Origin: Mobula hypostoma
Taxonomy: Eukaryota
Assembly: GCF_963921235.1 (NCBI RefSeq)
Contig: NC_086097.1
Location: 219,296,001-219,360,000 of the forward strand
DNA: 64,000 nt
Reading direction: 5' to 3'
Both the position numbers and the translations under genes were made by a program. A model generated the notes under the pieces. That model had not been told where the DNA came from. It saw nothing but the letters and a program-made list of their open reading frames with translations, and searched no databases. Positions 36,388 to 47,202 of the stretch are shown here, one piece after another. The first letter of the stretch is position 1. Every line of letters begins with the position of its first letter.

Positions 36388-39300
36388 TTAGAAAATAATC
36401 AATCCTTTAATTTCTTCTACCAAAGTGCATGATCGTACATTCCCAGCACCGTATTCCATCTGCTGTTACTTTACGCATTCTCATAATCTGTTTAAGTCCT
36501 TCTGTAGTCTCTCTACTTTTGCAAAACTACCTGCTTCTCAACCCATCTTCATATCCTCTGCAAACTTTGCAGCAAAGCCATCAATTCATTCATCCAATCA
36601 TTGACACTCTTGCTAGTCATCGGCAGCCAACTCAGAAACATTCTCTTTATTCCCAGTGTTTGCCTCCTGCCAATCAAGTATCTATCAACCTCTGTCTTAA
36701 ATGTACATAAAGACTTGGCCTCCACAGCTGCTTCTGGCAAGGAATTTCACAGATTCACCACTCTCTGGCTAAAGAAATTACTCCTCATCTCTCTTCTAAA
36801 AGGACACCTCTCTATTCTAAGGCTATGTCTCCTGGTTCTAGACTCTCTCACCGTAGGAAACATCCTCTCCACATTTACTCTATCAAGGCCTTTCACCGTT
36901 TGATAGATTTCAATGAGGTCACCCCTCATTCTTCTGAATTCTAGTGAATAGAGGCCCAGACCATGAAATGCTCTTCATATGACAAGCCTGTGATCATTTT
37001 CGAGCACTTCCTTTGCACCCTCTTCAGTTTCAGCACATCCTTGCTTTTATATTCTAGCCCTCCTGAAATGAATGCTAACATTGCATTTGCCTTCCTCAGC
37101 ACAGACTCAACCTGCAAATTAATCTTCAGGGAATCCTGCACAAGGACTCCCAAATCCCTTCGTGCATCACTATTTTCTCTCCATTTAGAAAATAGTCAAT
37201 CCTTTCATTTCTTTTACCGAAGTGCATGATCATACATTTCCCAGCACCGTTTTCCATCTGCTGTTACTTTAAGCATTTTCATAATCTGTTTAAGTCCTTC
37301 TGTAGTCTCTCTACTTTTGCAAAACTATCTGCCTCTCTACCCATCTTCATATCCTCTGCAAACTTTGCAGCAAACCCATCAATTCAATCATCCAATCATT
37401 GACACTCTTGCTAGTCATCAGCAGCCAACTCGGAAACGCTCTCTTTATTCCCACCATTTGCCTCCTACCAATCAGATACTGATTGGCCCCACGCTAGGAT
37501 CTTTCCTGTAATACCGTGGGCTCACAACTTGTTAAGCAGCCTCATGTGTGGCACCTTGTCAAAGGCCTTCTGAAAATCCAAATACACAACATCAATCGAT
37601 TTTCCTTTGTCTATCCTGCTTGTTATTTCTTCAAAGAATTCTAACAGATTTGTCAGGCAAGATTTTCCCTCGTGGAAACCATGCTGACTATGGCCTATTT
37701 TATCATGTACCTCCAAGTACCCTTACATCCCATCATTAAAAATCGACTCCAGCATCTTCCCAACCACTGAAGTCAGACCAACATGCCTGCAGTTTCCTTT
37801 CTTCTGTCTCTCTCCCTTCTTGAAGAGTGGAGTGATATTTGTAATTTTCCAGTCTTCTAGAACCATTCCAGTTTCTAGTAATTCTTGAAAGATCATTACT
37901 AATGCATCCACAATCTCTTCAGCCACGTTTTCAGAACCCAGGGGTGTCCAACATCTGGTCCAGGTGACTTATCTAACTTCAAACCTTTCAGTTTGCCAAA
38001 ATCTTTCTCTCTGTTTATGGTAACTTCACACACTTCATGAGCCGTGACACCTGGAACTTCAACCATACCACTAATGTCTTCCACAGTGAAGAATGACACA
38101 AAATACTTATTTGTCTGTGATTTTGTTGTCCCCCATTACTACCTCTCCAGTATTGTTTTCCAACGGTCAGATACCCATTCTTACCTCTCTTGTATATTTT
38201 AAGCGTTTGAAGAAACTTTTGGTAACCTCTTCAATATTATTAGCTAGCTTACTTTCATATTCCATCTTTACCTTCTTAATGACTTTTAAGTTGCCTTCTG
38301 TTGGTTTTTAAATGCTTCCCAATCCTTCCCACTATATTTTGCTCTATTACATGCCCTCTATTTGGCTTTTAAGTTGGCTTTGACTTCTCTTAATAGACAT
38401 GGTTGTGTTGTCTTTCCCTTAGAATACTTCTTCCACTTTGGGATGTATATATCCTCTGCCTTCCAAATTGCTTCCAGAAATTTCAGCCATTGCTGCTCTG
38501 ATGTCATCCCTGCCAGTGTTATTTTCCAATCAATTCTGGGCAACTCCTCTCTCACGCCTCTGTAATTCCCTTTACTCCACTATAATACTGATACATCTGA
38601 CTTTAGCTTCTCTGTCTCATATTTCAGGGTGAATTCAATTATATTATGATCAAGTACAAACTGTCCCTTCTGTACAGGTCCAACCTTCCCTGGAAAACGT
38701 CCCAGTGATCCAAAAATCTTATGTCTTCCCTCCGACACCAACTCCTTAGCCACATATTAAACTGTGTATTCTTCCTAATTCTGGCCTCATTAGCACGTGG
38801 TAGCAATCCTGAGATCACAACCCTGGAGGTCCTGCCCTTTAACCTATCACCTAACTCCCTAAAATCCCTGTGCAGAACCTCATCACTCGTCCTATCCATG
38901 TTATTGGTACCTACATGGACTGTTCACCTTCCCACCTAAGAATGCTGAGGACTCGATCAAGGTATCCCAGACTCTGGCACCCGGGAGGCAACATATCATC
39001 TGGGAATCTTGTTCTCACCCACAGAACCTCCTGTAAGTTCCCCTAACTAATGAATCCCCAATCACTCCAACCAGCCTCTTCTCCCCTCTTTCCTTCTAAA
39101 TCACAGAGGCAGGCCATATGCTTGTTGTTGAGGGGGTTGGCCACAGAGCTACCCTGCTCTGGCTCCTTAATCCCCTTCCCTTTCCTGACTGTCACCCAGT
39201 TTCCTGTGTCCTGCACCTAGTGTGTAACTACCTCTCTATATGTCCTATCTATTATCCCTTCAGCCTCCCGAACAATCAGGAGTTCATCCAGTTCCAGTTC

Positions 39301-39730
39301 CAACTTGTTAACATGGATTGTTAGAAGCTGCAGCTGGATGCACTTCTCACAGTCATAGTCATCAGGGAAACTGTCTTCCCACATCCCACAAGAGGGGCAT
39401 TCAAGTCTCCTGCCTGGCATCTCTATTACCCTAGCTGAGCAGATATAAAGAAGGGAAGGGGAAAAAACTTAACCTGGAGCTTTTCTCTCAAAGCGCCAAA
39501 ACCTCAAGAATGCCACTTTGATTACTCAAATGATGGTCGTTGTGCTTGCCCCAGCTTCTTTTAATTTGCTTCTGCTAATCAATCCCAAATACCAATTGGT
39601 TTCTGGTCAAAGCTCTTTATTGCTGTAGTGACCTGCTGCTGCCTTTTGTAGTCGGGCAGTGGACCTGATTGAAGTCCCCTCCTCTCAACGCTTCCGATGT
39701 CCGGATTGACTGCTGGTCAAAGCTCTTACG
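36388..39730 (-). mobile_element. Near-full-length but internally deleted and rearranged CR1, including 5' UTR and ORF1 (zinc finger + SGNH esterase-like domain)
   Basis: ORF1 pieces ECPSCGMWE..DDYDCEKCIQLQLL (39217-39420) and RTSRVVISGLLP..WLRSWCRRE..FLDHWD (38639-38899); ORF2 pieces KSPGPD, YLDFQKAFDKVPH, RGDLIEIY. Confidence 0.88.
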
Positions 39731-40986
39731 GGGAAAACGCAGGAGAATCGGGTTGAGAGGGAAGTGGATCAGCCAAAATGAAATACAGAGCAGACTCAAT
39801 GAGCGAATGACCTAATTCTGTTCCTATGTCTCACGGTCTTGTATCAAACATTAGTAACATTGCAGACAGTATTATTATTTACAAATGATGTTTGAAACTG
39901 ATGAGACAGTGGATTAACATTTTATTAGACAAAGAAAGAAAACTGCTTTTGCTTGCTTTCAAATTTCAACACTTTATCTATGTGTTCATCATTTTCCCCT
40001 GGTTATCAGTATGGCCACTCCCCTGCAGAGGATGCAGAAAGTGAAGGATATTCAAGGTGAGTACATTGGGTGGAGCTAAATTGTCTTGTGCCAAAACAGA
40101 AGCTGTATCAGCAAAACAGTGGATGTGTGAATAGACAAAATATCTCTGTCACAACATGTATTGAATTGAAATTAATGAGCTTCCTATTTCTGATTTCTGA
40201 TTGTTTTCATACAGGAGCACGACATGGACGCATTAGCAGAAATCCCAGACAGGGATGTCTGTTAAATTATTAGCCATCTTGTCACTCTACCCAAATCTAC
40301 ACGATAGATTTCTCCAGCAGATTTTGAGTTTTGATGACTTTGTAAATCCAAGCCTAAGTATCACAGGGACACCAACCCACCACCACCTTTTTATCTCATT
40401 GGGCAACCTGCTAACAGACCTTTTTTCTCTCCTAAATAACCTTTATACCCCTCTCTCTCTTCATTAATTCTGCCTGACCTGTGGAGTTCATCTAGGGCTT
40501 TTCGTGCTGCTCCAGATTCCAACATCTGCAGTCTCTTATGTACCCTCCTTTGCTCCTCCTCTCCAGTCTAAGGACAGATGTCTCAGGGTACAGCATGACC
40601 ACACGCTTCACCTGTTAGACACCTCTCTGATGTGCCACATTTTGGGGAGCTCAGTAGCCACGGTTAACTCCTTAAAGTAATCCCTCCAGTTTTACTCTGC
40701 TTCCACAAAGACACCACAAATTGAGCATCCTCTTTCTCTCAAGGACCCCAGTCAATGAATCCCACCACTTTCCCCGATGTCTCCACTTCCTAAGGTCTTC
40801 CAAATCCATGAGCCTTGAGCCAGAGAGATACCTTGGTGATGAAGAGTACAGCAGTGTTGCCCTCTGAGATATCTGTTCACAAATCCTTGGACTGGAGAGG
40901 GTGTGGTAAAGGAGGGACTTATCTGTGACTACCAGCTCAATTGACGTGGGAACATCCCATCCAAACTTTATTGTCCCACAGTATTA

Positions 40987-41631
40987 GATTATGAGGACAC
41001 GCAGTCCTCTTTTATTGTCATTTAGTAATGCATGCATTAAGAAATGATACAATGTTTCTCCAGAATGTTATCACAGAAACACATGACAAATTGACTGAAA
41101 AACTGACAAAAACCATGTAATTATAACATATAGTTACAAAAGTGCAAAGCAATGCCATAACTTGATAATAAAAAAAAAACCATGGGCATGGTAAAAAGTC
41201 TCAAAATCTCTCGAAAGTCCCATCATCTCACGCAGACGGTGAACATCCAGCACCGCAAACTTGCCGATGCAGCATCCTGGAAGCATCCGACCACAGTCTG
41301 ACTCCGGGTCCGTCCGAAAACTTCAAGCCTCCAACCAGCTCTCCGACACCAAGCACTGAGCACCATCTCTGCCGAGCGCTTCGACCCCGCCCCGGCAACA
41401 GGCAATAGGCAAAACTGAGGATATGGGGCCTTCCCTCCGGAGATTCTCGATCGCACAGTAGCAGCAGCAGCGAAGTGGGCATTTCAGAAGTTTCTCCAGA
41501 TGTTCCTCCATGCTTCTCACGGCTGTCTCCATCAAATCAAGATTGTGCACGACCCCTAGTTAACACATACGATATCATTCAGAACGGCCGCGTGCACTGC
41601 GCTGTGCCGCCATCTTCTCCTCCCCCTCATC
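40987..41631 (-). mobile_element. Non-autonomous, non-coding retroelement, ~640 bp, apparently full length
   Basis: Minus strand begins GGAGGAGAAGATGGCGGC (YY1-type motif) and ends AATAAA...taatctaa; CpG-rich; candidate 8-bp TSD cagtatta (40979-40986/41632-41639). Confidence 0.7.
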
Positions 41632-41889
41632 CAGTATTAAGTAACTAAGAAAAAAAATTGACATGATTTATTTTCTCTTTCACACAAGCCTATTCCATTT
41701 GTGTGCTGATACTTAAGATTCAGTCTCCAGAGTTTTCCTTTGATTATCATCTTCCACCCAGGTTCTCCCAATAAATCTAAATGAAAGTTCTGTGTCGTGC
41801 AGTAAAACTCTGAATTTTGGCAGTCTGAGATAGTTCGGCATCTGGTTCAGTGAGTGCTGATTCCTGCTATCCCTTCACACGCAAGGATG

Positions 41890-42140
41890 TTGTTCCCACG
41901 CCCTTCTTAACACCTTCAGTTCCTGCACTCTCCTGAAAATCACCATGTGCTCTATTGCACACTCGTTTGAAACTCACCAGAGCCCAGTTCTCATGCTCCC
42001 TGTAATCCACTCAGACCTCATTTAAACTCACCTGGATCTGTTTCCCACACCACTTTGAAACACATAAGGACCCCATTTCCACACTTCCTTGAAGATCACC
42101 CAGTTCTGTTTCATGCACTGCTTTTAAATTTACTAGGTTT
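41890..42140. repeat. Highly degenerate minisatellite, ~33-bp unit
   Basis: Recurring ttcc(c)acac-n4-tgaaa(ct)cacc motif at ~41920, 41955, 42041, 42076 and 42108. Confidence 0.55.
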
Positions 42141-42573
42141 ACCAGGAAAATGTATTACTCTACTGTGTAACATCTAACATGTGCAAACTAAGGGTGTGTT
42201 AGAATAAAAACATCTGATAGTCTTGAAAATCAGCCAGTGCCAAATGTCCTGATTGACGGAACCTTACTCTATTATGTCATTTTTATTTATTAACTTCAAA
42301 GCTAAACTTAAAAGCTGGCTAAGTATATATATTTGTGCATGTTATTTCACATGATACCAAGCAAGTGGATATACACTGTTCACAACCCACCCTCCAAGTT
42401 GTCATCTCTTTCAACCACTGAGTGAGTTCACACTGAACGTTAGGAATCCAGAAAATTGCCTGCATTTGGGTGGGTAAGAGACTACCAGCATATTCACAAA
42501 GCATAACTCTTTGCCTTTATGGAATAATGCTAGGCTTGCTCCACTGTTGTCAATGACTCTGTGGGCCATAGAG

Positions 42574-43082
42574 CTATTACTACTACTAATACATCGACTC
42601 AGGCCTAGGGGGCCGGCTTCGGGCACGATGACGGGCTCTCCACTTCTCCCTCTCCCTCATCAGTGTGTTCAGTTCATCCACATTAGCCGTGCCGCTGTCT
42701 TCTAGCAGCGTGTTGACCATAATCTTGGGAGGGCACCCAGGGTTCATCCTCCCATGCTTGGGCTCCCGTATGATGACTAGGCTGGCAGGTAGCTCGGGGT
42801 GACATAGACAGTGCCCCGCTAGTTGCAGTCTTCTCACCTCGATTTTAGTGGTGAGCATTGGTAGGTCGTCATAGAGCTCGACGTTCGTCATGTGCTGTTG
42901 CCAACTCACGTCAAGAGCCATCTGGAGCATTCGTGTATAGCAACCATCTAGAGACTTTCGCATAGTCTTGGTGAGTGTCCACGTCTCGCATCCGTATGTG
43001 AGAATGAACTCTATAACTGCTATGAAAATCCTCTTTTTAAGCCCTCTGGTCAGGTTCAGCTTCCAGATTTCCTTCATGTCAT
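42574..43082 (-). mobile_element. RTE-clade LINE 3' end with (TAG)n tail
   Basis: 163-aa frame ILTYGCETWTLTK..LDGCYTRML..RRLQLAGHC; tactactac at 42577. Confidence 0.9.
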
Positions 43083-44271
43083 TTTATAATAATTAGTCAT
43101 TAGTCATTATATAATAATATATTAAGGACCTTCTCATAGCTTTTAAAATTCTTTACCAATCCCCCACATTATGAAAGAGATCAGTGCAACAGCTACACTG
43201 AACTTATCATAAAACCTGGAGCTTGACGTTTGTCAGAGCATAGAAGGTATCAGTCAGTTAACATTTAATTAGTACTCACAATGGCAGCTTAAATAATCAA
43301 TTTTTAAATCAGCCTGATTGAAGTTAACAACTATTTGCTTTGACTACTGAAGGCTCAGATGTCATTGACTTTCTAAGGTCAAAATATCCTATTGAGAGGT
43401 TATAATAACAGAGTCTGCAACTTAGCTCCACTCTCATCTTAGTGGAGTGTGTATCATAAAACAGTAAATGCTTTGATGCAGACTATTTTATACAGGTTGC
43501 AAAAGAGATAAATAAAATATAGAATTAGAAGGTGGTGAAAGTGAAAAAGACAGAATTGGAAGAGACTGCAAAATAAAGCTAAGTCTTTTATGATAATTTA
43601 AAGTACTACTGTGGATACTGTAGAGAGAGTGCAAAGGAGATTTACAAGGATGTTGCCTAGATTGGAGGGCATACCTTATGAGAATCCGTTGAGTGCCTTT
43701 TCTCCTTGGAGCGACGAAGGATGAGAAGTGACCTGATAGATCTCCCAAAATCCATACTCTAGGATCAAATGTAATTTCGTTTTTTATAATATCTGAGGTT
43801 ATTTTAACAACGTATTTCCAAAAGTCTTCCAAATAAGTGCAATTACAAAGCATATAAAGTAAGTACATTTACTACAAAACTGGAAATCTGAATTTCCTCC
43901 CTCACTCAGGCAGTGGCTAAATGAGTTAACATCCTGTAGTAAACCTGAAATGATCTTGTATAGTGTGAAGAGGAAACCAGCAACATATGAAAAAATATGG
44001 GGCTCCTTTTTGGCCTTATTACCATCATTACACCTCCTCAGTTACTGAATTAGTATGGATACCCGTCTTCCCGTGCTTCTACTATCTGTTAGTGTAGTAA
44101 TATATACTTCATTAATACACATTAGGACCTCATACCTACTTTTTGCTATTTATCAGTTGTGAATGAGGAAGAAATTTTTACCATACCAGGGTTGTGGGTG
44201 GGGAGGGGGTGGGAGGGAGTATTTTGTCTGTTTCTTGTTTTTTTTTCTTATGTGTATCTGTTTATAAAATA

Positions 44272-44419
44272 AGCTTCCCCGTGGATTGTCACCTTGTCGT
44301 GGTGGAGAAGGTTGTGTGGTCCTGTGATCCCGAGAGAAATGCCGTCTGCAGCTATGCTCCTGGTAGGGTCACCCATAGCGGTAAGGTCGAGGGTGAGGTC
44401 CCTGACAAAGAACAATCCA
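44272..44419 (+). ncRNA. Candidate HDV-like (nested pseudoknot) self-cleaving RNA at the 5' end of the RTE-derived element
   Basis: P1 44274-44280/44304-44310 (one mismatch), P2 UGGAUUGU/ACAAUCCA 44282-44289/44412-44419, P3 ACC/GGU around 7-nt loop UUGUCGU, C-A-A-A (44406-44409) before P2'; L3 is non-canonical. Confidence 0.5.
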
Positions 44420-44702
44420 ACCAAGACCTCAAGGGTGGAACAGGCGGATGAAGTTACTTCGAACTCAACGGCTGTGAAGGCGGATGAAGGGGGCAACAGA
44501 TCCATCAGCTGCAATGGTCGTGGCTTCCATGCCATTGGAATCAGTTGGTTGATTTGTGAAGTATCGTGTGCTTCTTGGAGTGCGACATCAAGTACATGTT
44601 AAACAAATACAGACACAGGTGTCTTCGCTCTGTGGGCCACTTGATCAACAGAACGAAGACCATCATCCTCAACCTCGAGGGATAGCCACGACGATGATGA
44701 CG
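44272..44702 (+). mobile_element. Bipartite non-autonomous RTE-derived element (RTE 5' UTR + RTE 3' tail, no ORF)
   Basis: 5' part caccttgtcgtggtggag...gggtcaccca...ctgacaaa resembles RTE/BovB/Expander 5' UTRs; ends atcatcctcaacctcgagggatagcc plus (cga/tga)n tail; 8-bp TSD ataaaata (44264-44271/44703-44710). Confidence 0.82.
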
Positions 44703-45126
44703 ATAAAATATGATTTTTTTTTGCTTCAATAAAAATGTCTAGAAAAAAAAGAGGTGACCTGATAGAGGTGTATAAGATGATGAGGGGCATTGATCATGTG
44801 GTTAGCCAGAGGCTTTTTGTAGGGCCGAAATGGCTAACATGAGGGGGCTTAGTTTTAAGGTGCTTGGAAATAAGGATGTCGGGGGTAAGTTTTTCACACA
44901 GAGAGTGGTGGTTGCATGGAATGCACAGCCGGTGGTAGTGATGGAAGCGCATACAATAGGGTCTTCTAAGAGCCTCTCAGATAGGTACATGGAGCTTAGA
45001 AAAATTAGAGGGCTAAGTGCTGGGGAAATTCTAGGCAGTTTCTAGAGTAGGCTACATGGTCGACACAACATTGCAGGTTGAAGGGCCTGTAATGTGCTGT
45101 AGATTCTTATGTTCTATCTTCTATGT

Positions 45127-45980
45127 AGACCATAAGACCATAAGACAATAGAGCAGAAGTCGGCCATTCGGCCCATCTAGTCTGCTCCGCCATTTTATCA
45201 TGAGCTGATCCATTCTCCCATTTAGTCCCACTCCCCTGCCTTTTCACCATAACTTTTGATGCCCTGGCTACTCAGATACCTATTAATCTCTGCCTTAAAT
45301 ACACCCAATGACTTGGCCTCCACTGCTGCCCGTGGCAACAAATTCCATAGATTCACCACTAAAAAAAATTCTTCGCATTTCTGTTCTGAGTGGGCGCCCT
45401 TCAATCCTTAAGTCAAGCCCTCTCATACTAGACTCCCCCATCATGGGAAACAACTTTGCCACATCCACTCTGTCCATGTCTTTCAACATTCAAAATGTTT
45501 CTATGAGGTCTCCCCTCATTCTTCTAAACTCCAAGGAATACAGTCCAAGAGCAGACAAACGTTCCTCATATGTTAACCCTCTCATTCCCGGAATCATTCT
45601 AGTGAATCTTCTCAGTACCCTCTCCAGCGTTAGCACATCCTTTCTTAAATAAGGAGCCCAAAACTGCCCACAGTACTCCAAGTGAGGTCTCACCAGCGCC
45701 TTATAGAGCCTCAACATCACATCCCTGCTCCTATACTCTATTCCTCTAGAAATGAATGCCAACATTGCATTCGCCTTCTTCACCACCGACTCAACCTGGA
45801 GGTTAACCTCAAATCCCGTTGCATCTCAGAACTTTGAATTCTTTCCCCATTTAAATAATAGTCTGCCCGTTTATTTCTTCTGCCAAAGTGCATAACCATA
45901 CTCTTTCCAACATTGTATTTCATTTGCCACTTCTTTGCCCATTCTTCCAATCAATCCAAGTCTCTCTGGAGACTCTCCGT
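45127..45980 (-). mobile_element. CR1 3' portion
   Basis: (agaccata)n reversed tail; KKANAMLAFISRGIEYRSRDVMLRLYKALVRPHLEYC. Confidence 0.9.
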
Positions 45981-46894
45981 TATGCAGAAAGTTAGAATTG
46001 TGTGATTGTCCATGGCCAGGTTTTCATCTGATAAGATGTAGAAATTAAGGCATTGAAAACTTACACAAGGGTACCCTATTCATTGCATGCTAGATTTTAC
46101 TGGGCAGACATAAAAGATCCTAAGGCAGGATGCAAAGAGTAAAGGAGGCCTTTCAAGTTCACAGGCCAATATTTAACCCTCACAGAAGAATATACCAGAC
46201 AGTTTATTTCAGTGCTGGTTGAACCTTGTACAAATTAGCTGACAGATCCTCCTGGGCCCTGACCAATACTTTTTTCTCTCAGCACCATAACAAAGAAGCT
46301 ATTTGTTCATTCACCTCGCTCTGCCTGCCTGTTTGCCGATGGGCAGCTTGGCTGCCACATCTCATATATATCACAACAGTTTGATTTCAAAAATATTGGC
46401 TATAAAGATCAAGATTCTAAATTGTTTACTGTTATTCTTCAGTAAACGATTGCAAAGAAGAATGGATTGACTGTTTGTCTGGATCCAATGCAGCATCAGA
46501 ACACAAAAAGCATGAAGAACATTGGGGGTGGAGTGGGCAGCGAGGAAGGCTATCATGGCTTGCAGCAGGATCTGGACCAGCTGGAAGAATGGGCTGAAGA
46601 ATGGCAGATGGAAATTAATGCAGACAAGTGCCAGATGTTGTACTTCACTCGGACCAACTATGGTAGGTCTTAACACAGTGAACGGTAGGGCAATAGGAGT
46701 GCAGTAGAACAAAGGGATCCGGGAATGCAAGTCCATTAATTCATTGAAAGTAGTGTCAAATATACAGTCATAAAGAAAACTTTTGCACATTGGCCTGCAT
46801 AAATCAAAGTATTGAGTACAGGAAATGTGATGTAATGTTGAAGTTGTATAAGACACAGGTGAGGACTAATTTGGAGTTTTGCATTCAAATCACT

Positions 46895-47070
46895 AACGAG
46901 AAAATCTGTAGATACAGAAAATCCAAGCAGCACATGCAAACTGCTGGAAGAACTCAGCAGGCCAGGCAGCATCAATGGAAAAAGTGCAGCCGGTGAAGGG
47001 TCTCTGCCCGAAACGTCGAATGTACTTTTTTCCAGCTGAGTTCCCCCAGCATTTTGTGTGTGCTGCTTGG
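46895..47070. mobile_element. Penelope-like pseudo-LTR fold-back with decayed hammerhead
   Basis: ctgctggaagaactcagcaggccaggcagcatc arm and reversed arm; hammerhead-like cCGGTGA-agggtctctgccc-GAAA-cgtc at ~46990-47017. Confidence 0.78.
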
Positions 47071-47202
47071 AATATGCGGTGTAGTTTTGCTCACCTCCCA
47101 ACAGGAAAGATGTAAATAAGGTTGAAAGAGTACAGAGAAAGTTAACAAGGATATTGCCGGGTCTGGAGAACCTGAGTTATAAGGAAAGATTGAATAGATT
47201 GA

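Larger units (their letters stand above)
43741..44749 (+). mobile_element. L1-clade LINE 3' end with 5' inversion
   Basis: Inverted 43741-43868 (minus: LYMLCNCTYLEDFWK..FDPRVWILGD); forward 43869-44048 (LLQNWKSEFPPSLRQWLNE..YEKIWGSFL..stop); AATAAA ~44728; A-tail; 17-bp TSD agaagtgacctgataga/agaggtgacctgataga (43724-43740/44750-44766). Confidence 0.88.
43608..45125 (+). mobile_element. CR1 3' end, interrupted by the L1 at 43741-44749
   Basis: gtgcaaaggagatttacaaggatgttgcc...gtgacctgataga, resuming as gaggtgacctgatagaggtgtataag. Confidence 0.88.
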
